A stretch of DNA of 64,000 bases, taken from IMG/VR virus record IMGVR_UViG_3300024264_000011, positions 43,376 through 107,375 of that record; one strand, written 5' to 3'. Shown piece by piece: positions 53,734 through 63,433 of the stretch. This DNA is from a virus. A program made the position numbers and the translations under genes. The number at the start of each line of letters is the position of its first letter. Position 1 is the first letter of the stretch. The notes below the pieces were generated by a model, which was not told the origin of the DNA, made no database searches, and saw nothing but the letters and a program-made list of their open reading frames with translations.

Positions 53734-54726
53734 ATGTTTTTTACAGCAACACCAGATTTTCTATATCCAGACTTTAAAGAACGTGGAAAGTTTAAACTTT
53801 CTAAAAATCTTTTTAGAAGAGTAAGAACTAGAGATAGTTTTAACGCAATCTATGCTTCTTCAAAACAATACACTATAACACCAGGTGAAACTCCAGACTC
53901 CATCGCATACGATAAACTAGGTGACGGCGGTTATTATTGGGCAATTTTATTATTGAACAACATACTTGATATGCAAACTCAATGGCCTCTAGCTAGTGAC
54001 GAGTTAGATAAACACATTGAAGAAGTATATGGAGATCTAGCAGATAAACCTAGACACTGGGAGACAAATGAGATTAAGGATATTGATGGTAATGTTGTAC
54101 TCGAACGAGGAGTTATCGTAGAAGTATTTCAAAATAGAGCAGACCAAAATCTAGTAACATACTACCCAAAAATTAGAGATCAGACTGGTGGTATAGTTTC
54201 ATCATTTGATGTCATTAATCCAGGTTCTGGATACTCTGTCGGAAATAGTATACCTACTATTAGTGTTGGAAAAGATCTTCAAATAGATATCACATCAGTT
54301 TCTTCTGGTGGAATTACTGCAGCAGAAATTTCAGATGCTACAGGTGAAAATGGAGTTGGTTATAACGTAGGAGACTTGGTTACCGTTGGAGCTGGAAATA
54401 AAAACGCAGTTCTAAAAATAACTGGCGCATCTAGTCTAGAGAAAAACTGGGAGTATATATATGTCTATTCCACTACAGAAACATATGACACCAACACTGG
54501 CGATTTAACAGGACGATCAGTTACATATAGAACTGCAACCGTAAGTGATTTGACAAAAGTCACTAATAGAGAATACGAAAATTCTATTAATGAACTGAAG
54601 AGAGAAATTTTTATTCCTACATTTAATGCTGTAGAAGTTATGGAACAGGAAATTACCAGATTGCTCCGTTATGATACACAGTATAAGATAACAAAAGAAG
54701 GATACAGATTATCCGAAGAGATATAA
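53734..54726 (+). CDS. gp53: baseplate wedge gp53
   Basis: NLFRR, GETPDSIA, YWAILLLNNI..QWP, TNREYE..NELKREI. Confidence 0.85.
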   Translation: MFFTATPDFLYPDFKERGKFKLSKNLFRRVRTRDSFNAIYASSKQYTITPGETPDSIAYDKLGDGGYYWAILLLNNILDMQTQWPLASDELDKHIEEVYGDLADKPRHWETNEIKDIDGNVVLERGVIVEVFQNRADQNLVTYYPKIRDQTGGIVSSFDVINPGSGYSVGNSIPTISVGKDLQIDITSVSSGGITAAEISDATGENGVGYNVGDLVTVGAGNKNAVLKITGASSLEKNWEYIYVYSTTETYDTNTGDLTGRSVTYRTATVSDLTKVTNREYENSINELKREIFIPTFNAVEVMEQEITRLLRYDTQYKITKEGYRLSEEI

Positions 54727-54751
54727 AAAAAGGGGGTCGTTAGACCCCCTT
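54725..54751 (-). terminator. intrinsic terminator between convergent gp32 and gp53
   Basis: GGGGGTC-TAAC-GACCCCC followed by T7 on the minus strand. Confidence 0.85.
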
Positions 54752-54758
54752 CTCTGTA

Positions 54759-55706
54759 TCAATCATCTTCTTCTGCGAGTGCAGCAAAGAAACCTAGATC
54801 AGCTTCTTGTTCAGTTGCAGTCACCCGAGATTGAACTGGTTCCTCACGAACTGGTTGAGGAGTAGGACGAGACATTGTGATGTCTGGATCGTTGAATCCT
54901 CCACCCATCGGAGTATCGAAGACAGCTTCGTCTTCTTGAGTCTCTGCATCAATACGAGGTTGAGACTTTGCAGTCAAGACTGCAGCAAGACGTTTCTCAA
55001 GTTCATCAAAAGTTTTAAAGTTGGAAGGATCAGTAAATGCAGTCAGAGAATACTGTTTACTGTAGACTGATTCCAGTTTATCATCATCAAAGTTACCAAG
55101 AGTTCCTTGTGATGCGAACTCAGAAGAATCATAGTTCCAATAACCTGCAACCTTCTTGATCTTCAGTTTGAAGTCAGCACCCTGCCAGAAATCAAACGGG
55201 TTGATAGGAGTTTCATCTTCAAACTCAGGTTGCATTGCTGCGATGATTTTGTCGTGAATCTTCTTACCATACTTGAACAGGAAGACTCGACCCTCGTTCT
55301 CAGGATGCAGAGGATCACGAACAACATAGATGTTGCTGTAGTAAGACAGTTTACGTTTCTGTTTCCGAGCGACTTCCTTATCGGAATCACGACCACTGTT
55401 CCAGAGTTGACGATTCAGTTCACCAACGGGATCAGACTTGTTAATAGTGGTCAGAGAGTTTTCAATATACCATCCACCAGGTCCTTGGAAGGCATGACTG
55501 AAGACTTTTGCCCAAGGCATATCTTCACCTTCAGGTGCGGGAAGGAAACGAACTACAGCATAACCATTACCAGACTTATCAAGTTCTGGTTTCCAGAGAC
55601 GATCATCAGCACCTCCAGACTTCTCACTGTTGGAAATCTTATCCAATTCTTGAGTCAGTTTATCGAAGGAAGATGCAGAATTTTTTTTAAGTGCAGCGAA
55701 AGACAT
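54759..55706 (-). CDS. gp32: single-stranded DNA-binding protein gp32
   Basis: MSFAALKK, DDRLWKP, GNGYAVVRFLP, WYIENS, YGKKI, acidic tail; GGAG SD before ATG 55706. Confidence 0.95.
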   Translation of the reverse strand: MSFAALKKNSASSFDKLTQELDKISNSEKSGGADDRLWKPELDKSGNGYAVVRFLPAPEGEDMPWAKVFSHAFQGPGGWYIENSLTTINKSDPVGELNRQLWNSGRDSDKEVARKQKRKLSYYSNIYVVRDPLHPENEGRVFLFKYGKKIHDKIIAAMQPEFEDETPINPFDFWQGADFKLKIKKVAGYWNYDSSEFASQGTLGNFDDDKLESVYSKQYSLTAFTDPSNFKTFDELEKRLAAVLTAKSQPRIDAETQEDEAVFDTPMGGGFNDPDITMSRPTPQPVREEPVQSRVTATEQEADLGFFAALAEEDD

Positions 55707-55763
55707 GTGTGTTCTCCGTATTGTGTACGTATTTGGCCTGTGGTTTTTCCTGACCACCTGACT

Positions 55764-55792
55764 ATAGTACCAGGTTTCAGGGGTGGTGTCAA
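55764..55792 (-). promoter_or_regulatory. sigma70-type promoter for gp32
   Basis: TTGACA N17 TACTAT with extended TG. Confidence 0.8.
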
Positions 55793-56121
55793 GGTTCTTC
55801 GACGAGTTTTTTCATCTGGGAAATCTCCTCTCGCATACGGCGAAAGACTTGACTAGCATCCGTCTCTCCGGCTTGAGCGACGAATGGTAGAGTCCTAGTT
55901 AACATAATTACAAACTCCTTAGCATCATCTTCTGATGAATACCTTGCTCTAAAGTAAAGCATTTCTTGGAGTTCTAGAAGTCTTTCCATTTTAGAAAGAT
56001 ATTCTTTTCCACCTTCTTGAGAACGAAATTTATAACTCGACATGAGGTCATGGATATCCTCATATATTTGCATCATTTCTGCTGCTTCAGATCGAATTAT
56101 TTCGTTGTTAAAAAATTCCAT
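55789..56121 (-). CDS. conserved cyanophage protein (DUF1825-like)
   Basis: FFNNEIIR..LLELQEMLYFR..SSEDDAKE; usual position between gp59 and gp32. Confidence 0.6.
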   Translation of the reverse strand: MEFFNNEIIRSEAAEMMQIYEDIHDLMSSYKFRSQEGGKEYLSKMERLLELQEMLYFRARYSSEDDAKEFVIMLTRTLPFVAQAGETDASQVFRRMREEISQMKKLVEEP

Positions 56122-56699
56122 GTGTTAAGAAGGATTCTCTTATATTTAGTTCGTTCTATTGAGATGAAAGGTTCGTATTTCACTACTCTTTTCTTAACTT
56201 CAGGCCATACGATAGGTTCAGAAATTTGATTAGTGAAATGTGGAATGTAATTGATCAACTTCTGAAGTATAACCATACTCTCAAGACTTACATTTCCAGC
56301 AAGATGTTCCTTTAACATAATAGGATGTTGTCCGTTTTCAATCTTAAATAGACTATCAAAGTCTTGGGAGATATCTGATAGTGAATCCATTTCATTTTGA
56401 AAGACAAAAGACATACTCTGAATTTTGTTTTGCCACTCAGAGTATGTCTTTGATTTGTTTGGGTTTATGTTTCCTATCCAACAGTTACTGTCTTCTACAA
56501 AATGACTTACGAGAAACTGAACTATTTCATCTTGTTTATATTTTGTTCCAAGTTTTTTGAAAAAATACTTATCCTTCCTATTCTCAAACGACTTTAGACT
56601 AGCACGTGATTTACCATTGAATGTAAAAAAGTTGTAGTTGTCTTTAGAGAAATGCAGTTTTAACGAAAGATAAATTTTATATACTTCAAATCCATCCAT
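56097..56699 (-). CDS. gp59: helicase loader gp59
   Basis: YKIYLSLKLHF, FENRKDKYFFKKL, SLESMVIL, KYEPF. Confidence 0.85.
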   Translation of the reverse strand: MDGFEVYKIYLSLKLHFSKDNYNFFTFNGKSRASLKSFENRKDKYFFKKLGTKYKQDEIVQFLVSHFVEDSNCWIGNINPNKSKTYSEWQNKIQSMSFVFQNEMDSLSDISQDFDSLFKIENGQHPIMLKEHLAGNVSLESMVILQKLINYIPHFTNQISEPIVWPEVKKRVVKYEPFISIERTKYKRILLNTWNFLTTK

Positions 56700-56700
56700 A

Positions 56701-56970
56701 TTAAATAGGGAGTTTCGCCTTAGAAGATTTTTTCATGAAAGAAAGTCTTTGAGCATCATACTTAATCTTTTCTTTCAAAGCTTTGGATAATAGTTTAGGA
56801 ACTGATTCTATTTCAATCTCATTCTCTTCGCAAAAAGTAAGAACAGCCTCAATGTAATTAAGTTCTCCGTTACTTTGCAGTACGACCCTCTCAATTTCTA
56901 GAGAGAATTTTGATGATGTCATAAACTTATCGTTTATAACTTCATTGATGGCTTCTTTACTTTTACTCAT
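56701..56970 (-). CDS. gp33: late transcription co-activator gp33
   Basis: FSLEIE..NYIEAV..FCEENEIEIESVPKLLSKALKEKI; ATG 56970. Confidence 0.88.
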   Translation of the reverse strand: MSKSKEAINEVINDKFMTSSKFSLEIERVVLQSNGELNYIEAVLTFCEENEIEIESVPKLLSKALKEKIKYDAQRLSFMKKSSKAKLPI

Positions 56971-57622
56971 TAGCAGCTTTCCACTCTTGTATATACTGAG
57001 CAAGTTTTCTAATGTATTCTGATTTGTTTCGTTTTTCATAGACTTTGCATTCTCCATTTTCACAGGACATAATGATAACAAGTTTCTTGACTATTATACC
57101 AGTCATTTCATACAACATGCAAGCGTATGCAACAGCTTGAACAAAGTAACTTTCAATCCATTCTTCTGGTTTTGGTTTCTCTGATGTCTTAAAGTCTATT
57201 ACAGCAAGTTCTCCTTCGTATTCTGCAATACAATCGACAGTACCAGCTAACCCTAATGTCTTACTATATAGGGGTCTTTCCAGTGCATGAATATTATTTA
57301 TTTTTTTTAATTCTGGTTTAGCAATATTAAATAATATTTCTGGTAGAGGATTTGATTTTGGTAAAGGTTCATTTTTGAGAAAATGTTCTGTAAGAGTATG
57401 CATACCAGTTCCTCTACTAGTAGCACGTTTTGTTTTAAGGTTGGCAGCTTTCTCACCAACACGTTTTCTCCACTCCTTAATTTTTTTAGCAGATTGAAAA
57501 CTAGTTATTGTAGTGACAGAGACTAGTTTTATATCTTCACCAGGAATTTTGTAATATCTTTTACCATCTATATGAACTCTTTCAAGTTTATGTGGTAAGT
57601 CAATTTCTATATGATTAAACAT
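56963..57622 (-). CDS. PD-(D/E)XK exonuclease
   Basis: SVTT, RGTGMH, AGTVDCIAEY, IDFKTS, YFVQ. Confidence 0.85.
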   Translation of the reverse strand: MFNHIEIDLPHKLERVHIDGKRYYKIPGEDIKLVSVTTITSFQSAKKIKEWRKRVGEKAANLKTKRATSRGTGMHTLTEHFLKNEPLPKSNPLPEILFNIAKPELKKINNIHALERPLYSKTLGLAGTVDCIAEYEGELAVIDFKTSEKPKPEEWIESYFVQAVAYACMLYEMTGIIVKKLVIIMSCENGECKVYEKRNKSEYIRKLAQYIQEWKAANE

Positions 57623-58374
57623 CAGAAACCAAGATTAATTTTGTTGATTAGGTAACTACGGATTAAACCAGATCGTACAATATCCTCAACACCAAATTCA
57701 ATCATACCAAACTCATCCATGAGTCTAAGAATACTCATAAAATCTATAACACCATTTCGTTCACCAGCTTTAACAAGGTCTGACTGATGATGATCCCCAC
57801 AGAAAATAATTTTACTATCTTCACCAACACGAGTAATGATACTATCAAGTTCATGAAAATTTAAATTCTGACATTCATCAACAATAATGATTGCACGATC
57901 AAGAGTAGTACCACGAAGGAATGATGTAGACCAGAAAGAAATAGTCTCTTGTGTTTTAAGATTTTCATAAAGCATTTCAAACGAAGGATCGTCTGGCATC
58001 TCAAACATATATTTTACCATATTCTTATAGGGAATTTGGTATAGAGATGCTTTATCTTCATGTGTTCCAGGAAGAAAACCAATTTCACGGGTAGCAACTA
58101 AAGATCTAACAATATAAACTTTATCATATTGAGATTCTTCTTTTAAAACTTCTCTGAGAGCAAGATGCAACGCAACAAATGTTTTACCAGTACCAGCTGC
58201 ACCAGACATGAACAAGTTCTTGCCATTATCCCAATACTCAAATACCTTTTCTTGTGCTGGAGTTAGTGGTTCAATGTCCACTAACATATCAGAGTTAATC
58301 GGTTTCCTACGCTTCATTTGTTTTGCAGACATCCCATTGATGTCAGGCGTATTCTTTTTTCTTGCTCTTGGCAT
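57622..58374 (-). CDS. phoH: PhoH-family ATPase
   Basis: GAAGTGKT, REIGFLPG, SFLRGTT, DECQN, DIVRSGL. Confidence 0.93.
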   Translation of the reverse strand: MPRARKKNTPDINGMSAKQMKRRKPINSDMLVDIEPLTPAQEKVFEYWDNGKNLFMSGAAGTGKTFVALHLALREVLKEESQYDKVYIVRSLVATREIGFLPGTHEDKASLYQIPYKNMVKYMFEMPDDPSFEMLYENLKTQETISFWSTSFLRGTTLDRAIIIVDECQNLNFHELDSIITRVGEDSKIIFCGDHHQSDLVKAGERNGVIDFMSILRLMDEFGMIEFGVEDIVRSGLIRSYLINKINLGF

Positions 58375-58376
58375 AC

Positions 58377-58616
58377 TCAAAAACCTCGGATAGTGGACCC
58401 GTGATGTCCTTTTTTAATGTTATTGATCTTTGTTTGTAGATCTTTCGGAACTTTATTTCGCCAGTCTCCAATTTCACCAACAGCAGATGCACAACCTTGA
58501 GACCAGTCTTTATCCCAGTCTGGGTTATCTTTCTTCCACTGTTCGTATTCAGAGACTGTCATAGAGAGTTCTTTTGTCTCTCCTGTGGTTTTATTTATTA
58601 CTGGATATGTTGGCAT
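58377..58616 (-). CDS. conserved hypothetical protein (FmdB-like N-terminus without Cys)
   Basis: MPTYPVINKTTGETKE; usual position upstream of phoH. Confidence 0.7.
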   Translation of the reverse strand: MPTYPVINKTTGETKELSMTVSEYEQWKKDNPDWDKDWSQGCASAVGEIGDWRNKVPKDLQTKINNIKKGHHGSTIRGF

Positions 58617-58618
58617 AA

Positions 58619-59131
58619 TTAGACCCAATTTGGTTTTCTGGATTCGTCACGAAGATAATTAGATGCAACCCAAGGTTTGCTGCTAATGTACATTTTGTAA
58701 GCAGTAAAAGTGTCAATGCTTGTGTCATGTTTAAACTCATTTGGCATCGCCCTCACAAATGGTGTATGGTCCGACCATAGTGACTGTGGAAATAATTTTT
58801 CTGCAACTTTTAAAGTTTTCTCACATGTATGTGTTTTATCATATCGATGAGTGTATTCTTTACACAACATCAGACCATGTAGAATTAACCATCTAGCATT
58901 TGGTACAGTTTCATTTGCCCAAATGGTACATGGGTGGTTGCGAAAAGCACCTTTTTCAGTTGCATATGGTTTACCATCTGCTTTGGGAAGATCACCATAT
59001 CCATGTCCCCATTTATCAGACGCAACAATAGAAAGCATCTGACAACACTCCAGAGGCATCTTGACAATATGTTTGTCAGGAAGAACTTTGGCGGATGCAT
59101 GTGGACACTCATCAGTCACAAAAATGTTCAT
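58619..59131 (-). CDS. pyrimidine-dimer DNA glycosylase (DenV-like family)
   Basis: MNIF..DKHIVKMPLECCQML, NHPCTIWA, EYTHRY, AYKMYI. Confidence 0.7.
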   Translation of the reverse strand: MNIFVTDECPHASAKVLPDKHIVKMPLECCQMLSIVASDKWGHGYGDLPKADGKPYATEKGAFRNHPCTIWANETVPNARWLILHGLMLCKEYTHRYDKTHTCEKTLKVAEKLFPQSLWSDHTPFVRAMPNEFKHDTSIDTFTAYKMYISSKPWVASNYLRDESRKPNWV

Positions 59132-59197
59132 AGTATTTGGCACTCAGGGGTGATTCTGATCCTATCGTAGTCTGGGTTAGAACCTTTGACTCTCTTT

Positions 59198-59226
59198 ACT
59201 ATAGTACAGAATTCCTCATATGTCAA
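59198..59226 (-). promoter_or_regulatory. sigma70-type promoter
   Basis: TTGACA N17 TATAGT. Confidence 0.7.
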
Positions 59227-59276
59227 GAAACGACGATAAGGAATCCAGATATCATTATGATTTTTTTACTTCTACT

Positions 59277-59915
59277 TTATACAGTCCACTCGAGCGACTC
59301 GGCGACCGTGGGGAACTGTTCGATAAAGATTTTCCTACACCCTTCTGCGATTTGCATGTGTTCTTTTTGTGTTCCATGTGCCGACCTCAGATCGATGTAA
59401 TGGATCCATGAACGACAAGAGCCGGACATGTAGATTTTGGTTGGAGTGCAGAGTGGTAGCACATTACGAGCACATTCCTTAGCAACGCCTGCTCCCAACA
59501 TTTGTTGGTATAGTGCCATAGAAGAATCAAATAGAGTTTGCATTTGCATCTCTAGTTTCTGAACAAGAAACGGATCTAGATTATCAATGGAGTTTTGACG
59601 ATTCTTATCATCTTGTCGTCGCATTTCTGGAAGTGGGATTTGGTTTCCAAGGAGACTACTATCTGCATACCGTTGTGAAAATTCTTGAAATGTAAAGCTA
59701 CGATGACGAAGAATTTGAGCTGCAATAGCTCTGGTAGTTTCAATCTCCAAAGTCATGAAACTTTGTTCAAACACAGACCAATGTTGATGATCAACACAAT
59801 ACTTTAGAAGTCTTGAAACTTTAGGATTATCTTGATTAGCGGGATTACTCACACGAGCAACATACCCCATAGTTTGTTCAGCGTCGGGAGTGACGGTAAC
59901 GAGACTTACTTTCAT
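59277..59915 (-). CDS. thyX: flavin-dependent thymidylate synthase
   Basis: HWSVFE, QILRHRSFTFQEFSQRY, ARNVLP. Confidence 0.95.
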   Translation of the reverse strand: MKVSLVTVTPDAEQTMGYVARVSNPANQDNPKVSRLLKYCVDHQHWSVFEQSFMTLEIETTRAIAAQILRHRSFTFQEFSQRYADSSLLGNQIPLPEMRRQDDKNRQNSIDNLDPFLVQKLEMQMQTLFDSSMALYQQMLGAGVAKECARNVLPLCTPTKIYMSGSCRSWIHYIDLRSAHGTQKEHMQIAEGCRKIFIEQFPTVAESLEWTV

Positions 59916-59917
59916 AA

Positions 59918-60169
59918 TTACTTTTTCTTGGATTCTTTTGGTTTAATTCCCCACAGTTTGGGATTTACTCTTCCTTCTGTTTGTGTCATGTTCTTGAAAT
60001 CATGACGGTAATTATCATAGTAATGGTCAAAAATCTCTACTCGATTACGACCAATTACGATGTCAAACTTAGTCATCCCATCTTGCAGGTACTCAATTAA
60101 GTATGCAGTATAGGGTAAACTTCTGTCATTTGCAAGCGATGGATCACAGTCGCTATGGAGTACCTTCAA
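59918..60169 (-). CDS. conserved cyanophage hypothetical protein
   Basis: DCDPSLANDRSLPYTAYL..FDHYYD..GRVNPKLWG. Confidence 0.7.
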   Translation of the reverse strand: MKVLHSDCDPSLANDRSLPYTAYLIEYLQDGMTKFDIVIGRNRVEIFDHYYDNYRHDFKNMTQTEGRVNPKLWGIKPKESKKK

Positions 60170-60621
60170 GCCCTATTCCCCCATTGAATTTCAGGATACG
60201 CTTCAGAAACACATGCTTTAGTAATCTTATAGCGTTTACCAATTTGTTTATCTTTCACCAGACAAATTACATTTGCCTCATCAACATGTAGACCTTCAAG
60301 TAACTGAATAAAGATCAGCTCACGACGACCTCTTTGCAATCCATCATTACCACCTCTAACAAAATTATATAGTTTTTTGTATTCATGAAGTAGAATTGTA
60401 TGTTCAGTTCCTTTAGGAGAATCGTTTGGTGTAAACGGAACTTCACCCACAGGAAGCATCGATACTACACTCTCATCAAAATTCCAAATAAGAATTGATT
60501 GAAGTGCTGGTGTTTTAAACTTTTGTAGTAACGTAATCTTTTCTTTTTTTGTTTTAGCATTAGATACTTTCTGTAGCACCTCAGACAAAAGCATCTTTTC
60601 AACTGGTAATTCTGAAGCCAT
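60166..60621 (-). CDS. conserved T4-like phage hypothetical protein (DUF6433-like)
   Basis: LLSEVLQKVS, WNFD, RRELIFIQLLEGLH; follows rnh. Confidence 0.7.
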   Translation of the reverse strand: MASELPVEKMLLSEVLQKVSNAKTKKEKITLLQKFKTPALQSILIWNFDESVVSMLPVGEVPFTPNDSPKGTEHTILLHEYKKLYNFVRGGNDGLQRGRRELIFIQLLEGLHVDEANVICLVKDKQIGKRYKITKACVSEAYPEIQWGNRA

Positions 60622-60622
60622 T

Positions 60623-61474
60623 TTAAAAGTCCTCCATTTCAGACAATAGTGTAGTTAACTTATGTTTTACGAAGTAGTTAATTGGTACTCCTCGTTTTAC
60701 GTTACTATTTAACAACTCAAATTCATCAATGATTTTCTTAGTGATTTCCTCTGGTATACAACTGAGGTCAATAAGTTTCTTATTCCTCTCATAGTTTTTG
60801 AGTTGTTCTTTACTACAAAAAGTTTCTGGCGTAGAATCTATCCACTTACAGAGATTCTTTTTGCTGATAGGTTTTTGTCTTTTACCAGAAATAAATGTGT
60901 CATCATCTGATAGGAAGTTTGGAATACCATCACTTCTATCTCCCTTGATGATGTGTTCTAGTAAAAATTGTTTGGGATTATCTAGAGTCAGATACTTTTT
61001 CAGAATAGGATTATATTGACTTACAGAAGAATGTTTTGAGAGCTGTAGGAAGTCTTTATCACCAGAAAGAATAAGAATTTTTTCATCACAATTATTCACA
61101 ATGTGATTTGTAATAACACTGATAATATCATCAGCCTCCGCACCATAAACTTCTATTACAACGTAAGGAAAGTTATCACGAATTTCATCACGAATTGTAT
61201 TCAGACAATTAAAAATTGCACCCCAATCATGAGCAGAATTTTCTCTGTCTTTTTTTCTATTCTGTTTATAGAAAGGAAATAATTCACGTCTCCAATAAAA
61301 CTTGGAATCATAACACAGTACTAGTTCTCCGAATTCATCACTAAAAGTTTTTTTATAATACTTTAATGATCGGAGAACCATATGTCTGACAAGATTGATG
61401 TCAAGACCATCATTAGATTTCACTTGCATCATCAGATTGCTGATCATGCATTGATTCATGTCAATTAAGATCAT
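60623..61474 (-). CDS. rnh: T4-type RNase H (5'-3' exonuclease)
   Basis: MILIDMNQ, WRR..FPFYK, EADDII, SGDKDFLQL, GDRSDGIPN. Confidence 0.93.
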   Translation of the reverse strand: MILIDMNQCMISNLMMQVKSNDGLDINLVRHMVLRSLKYYKKTFSDEFGELVLCYDSKFYWRRELFPFYKQNRKKDRENSAHDWGAIFNCLNTIRDEIRDNFPYVVIEVYGAEADDIISVITNHIVNNCDEKILILSGDKDFLQLSKHSSVSQYNPILKKYLTLDNPKQFLLEHIIKGDRSDGIPNFLSDDDTFISGKRQKPISKKNLCKWIDSTPETFCSKEQLKNYERNKKLIDLSCIPEEITKKIIDEFELLNSNVKRGVPINYFVKHKLTTLLSEMEDF

Positions 61475-61476
61475 AA

Positions 61477-61710
61477 TTAATCCTCGTCGTCTTCACTCCA
61501 ATCTTCTTCATCAATAAATCTAACAGCAAGAAGTTCTTCAGTAACAAGATAACCTTCGTTATCCATCATCTCTGGATGAATGTTTTCTCCCATCTGAGAT
61601 TCCATAAAAGCAGTGAAGTAGTTGTTGCCAAACCACCCAAAAATAAATCCAATTGCTGTCCCTGTGACGCTGAACATGATTGTCAAAAGGATACTAGTTA
61701 CTTCCGTCAT
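61477..61710 (-). CDS. membrane-anchored hypothetical protein
   Basis: N-terminal TM, HPEMMD motif, acidic tail. Confidence 0.7.
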   Translation of the reverse strand: MTEVTSILLTIMFSVTGTAIGFIFGWFGNNYFTAFMESQMGENIHPEMMDNEGYLVTEELLAVRFIDEEDWSEDDED

Positions 61711-61720
61711 GTTCTTTCTC

Positions 61721-61930
61721 CTATGTATTTTCTCTGGTAAATTTAACCTCCAACCTAAAACCTTTCTTAAAAAAAGAAATAACTGTGTCTAGATGGAGGA
61801 TAGGTTTTCTTGACGGATCTGGAATTTCTTCCACATCTGGTTCTGATTCTGTTTCTGGCTCTGGCAACCCTCCACTTACCATGGCCCTCACATTAGTATT
61901 TAGATACTTGTCAGGGATTGATGATTTCAT
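61721..61930 (-). CDS. hypothetical protein
   Basis: 69-aa ORF, ATGA-coupled. Confidence 0.6.
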   Translation of the reverse strand: MKSSIPDKYLNTNVRAMVSGGLPEPETESEPDVEEIPDPSRKPILHLDTVISFFKKGFRLEVKFTRENT

Positions 61931-62631
61931 TGTAAAACTTTTATCAAAGCAAAATTAGGAGACACTGTACTAGGTACAGATCGTGATTTATTTGGTAGTG
62001 AGTCAAAGATTGAACAACAATTGTATGGAGTGGAACTCAAAATTAAATCAATAGTATTAATAACTTTTTTTAATTTCTTAAGTCCAGATAAATTGTTGTA
62101 TCCAGTAATCTTTGCTCCTTTGCAACTTAAAGACTCTCCGTTTAAGAATAGAAGATCATGAGTTACTGTATTGAATAAGAAAACCGACGTAGATCCAATA
62201 ATTTGGTCAGTCGGCACTGAAGTGTATTTGTTCTCTCCTATTATAAAGGGTTCTGTCTGAATATGCAAGCCCCTGACCAGTTGTTCAGGTGTCTTTACCT
62301 TTTTCCTACGAACAATTTTTTTATGGTCTTTATATCTCTCAACATCAGAAACAAATCGATTCAATAATGATTTAAATTCCTGAAGTTCTGGTTTTTTAAA
62401 ATGTGAATATGCTTCCTGTAGAAGTTCATCACCATCTAACGCACCACTGATCTCTTCTATGATATCAGTAACTTGATAAATGTAATTGGAAGCATATTCA
62501 TTAATCACTCTACGATCAATCTCTTCAGACTGAAAGTACTTATAAAAATCAACTCTTATTTTTTTCTTCGTAGCTGAATATTGATCTACAATAGTGTCTA
62601 CGAATTCACAAATTGTATCTGTCTTGCTCAT
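61927..62631 (-). CDS. conserved T4-like phage hypothetical protein
   Basis: LQEAYSH, IIGSTSVFLFNT motifs; ATGA-coupled. Confidence 0.7.
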   Translation of the reverse strand: MSKTDTICEFVDTIVDQYSATKKKIRVDFYKYFQSEEIDRRVINEYASNYIYQVTDIIEEISGALDGDELLQEAYSHFKKPELQEFKSLLNRFVSDVERYKDHKKIVRRKKVKTPEQLVRGLHIQTEPFIIGENKYTSVPTDQIIGSTSVFLFNTVTHDLLFLNGESLSCKGAKITGYNNLSGLKKLKKVINTIDLILSSTPYNCCSIFDSLPNKSRSVPSTVSPNFALIKVLQ

Positions 62632-62864
62632 AACACTTGATTGACTTGAAAATATTGAAGTGTATCTTTACATCCACCTATATGTTTATTATCTATAGAA
62701 ACTTGTGGGAAAGTTGCTCCTTCTCCAAACTCCGAATAGAATTGTTTTTTGGTGAAATCTTTATCATATTTATATTCAAGATAATCAATTTCTAAATGAC
62801 TAAGTAAATACTTAACCCTATCACACCACTGACAATTTTCTTTTGTGTAAACTACTGCTTTCAT
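62628..62864 (-). CDS. nrdC: glutaredoxin
   Basis: CQWC active site, TFPQV, IGGC. Confidence 0.88.
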   Translation of the reverse strand: MKAVVYTKENCQWCDRVKYLLSHLEIDYLEYKYDKDFTKKQFYSEFGEGATFPQVSIDNKHIGGCKDTLQYFQVNQVL

Positions 62865-63193
62865 GTCTTGTCTCTGTCTATAATTTGAGCAGTGTAATCT
62901 TTTGCTTCCAATTTCAATCCCATGTATATGGCACCACGTTTAGGATTAGCATCACCACAAGTGAATACATCGCATATCGCCATACCATTTTCAGGCCAAG
63001 TATGAATACTAATATGACTTTCTGCTAGTAGAGTTACAGCAGTTACTCCTTGAGGTTCAAACTTATGTGTATGGGTGTTTATAAAAGTAGCACCCATAAC
63101 ATGAGTCGTATCATAAAGAAGTTGTCTTATGTATTCCTCATCATTTAAAAGATTACTATTACAATCATACAATGTAAATAAGACGTGTTTCAT
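62861..63193 (-). CDS. speD: S-adenosylmethionine decarboxylase proenzyme (class 1b)
   Basis: FEPQGVT, LAESHISIHTWPE pyruvoyl cleavage motif, DVFTCG. Confidence 0.9.
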   Translation of the reverse strand: MKHVLFTLYDCNSNLLNDEEYIRQLLYDTTHVMGATFINTHTHKFEPQGVTAVTLLAESHISIHTWPENGMAICDVFTCGDANPKRGAIYMGLKLEAKDYTAQIIDRDKT

Positions 63194-63204
63194 ATGATTG
63201 TGTT

Positions 63205-63408
63205 TTATTTAGTATCCATTTTATTGATAATGGTCATAAAATTTTTCTCTCTTCTACGAATGGTCTTGAGTGCTCTATTAATTTTAGTAATTTTATCTCT
63301 CTGAAAACTTCTAAGTTGTTTATCAGACATCTGTGGAATTTCTTCTTCAGATTCTTCAATAACCTCAGCGTCAATATCTACTGCAATTTCTTTGTTTTCT
63401 TCGGACAT
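63205..63408 (-). CDS. hypothetical protein
   Basis: ATG 63408 (MSEENKE) downstream of a promoter; acidic N-half, basic C-half. Confidence 0.65.
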   Translation of the reverse strand: MSEENKEIAVDIDAEVIEESEEEIPQMSDKQLRSFQRDKITKINRALKTIRRREKNFMTIINKMDTK

Positions 63409-63433
63409 AATTTTAATAGATAGTTGAATACTA

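Noticed and set aside
55707-55760. T4 gene 32-type autoregulatory pseudoknot
   Set aside because: Only a 5-bp hairpin (GTGGT/ACCAC) is visible; I found no second stem pairing with the loop
55230-55856. 208-aa plus-strand ORF
   Set aside because: Antisense shadow of the strongly biased gp32 gene
56963-57622. Exonuclease as a CRISPR Cas4
   Set aside because: Lacks the four-Cys Fe-S set; it is the core T4-like cyanophage exonuclease in its usual phoH-gp33 context
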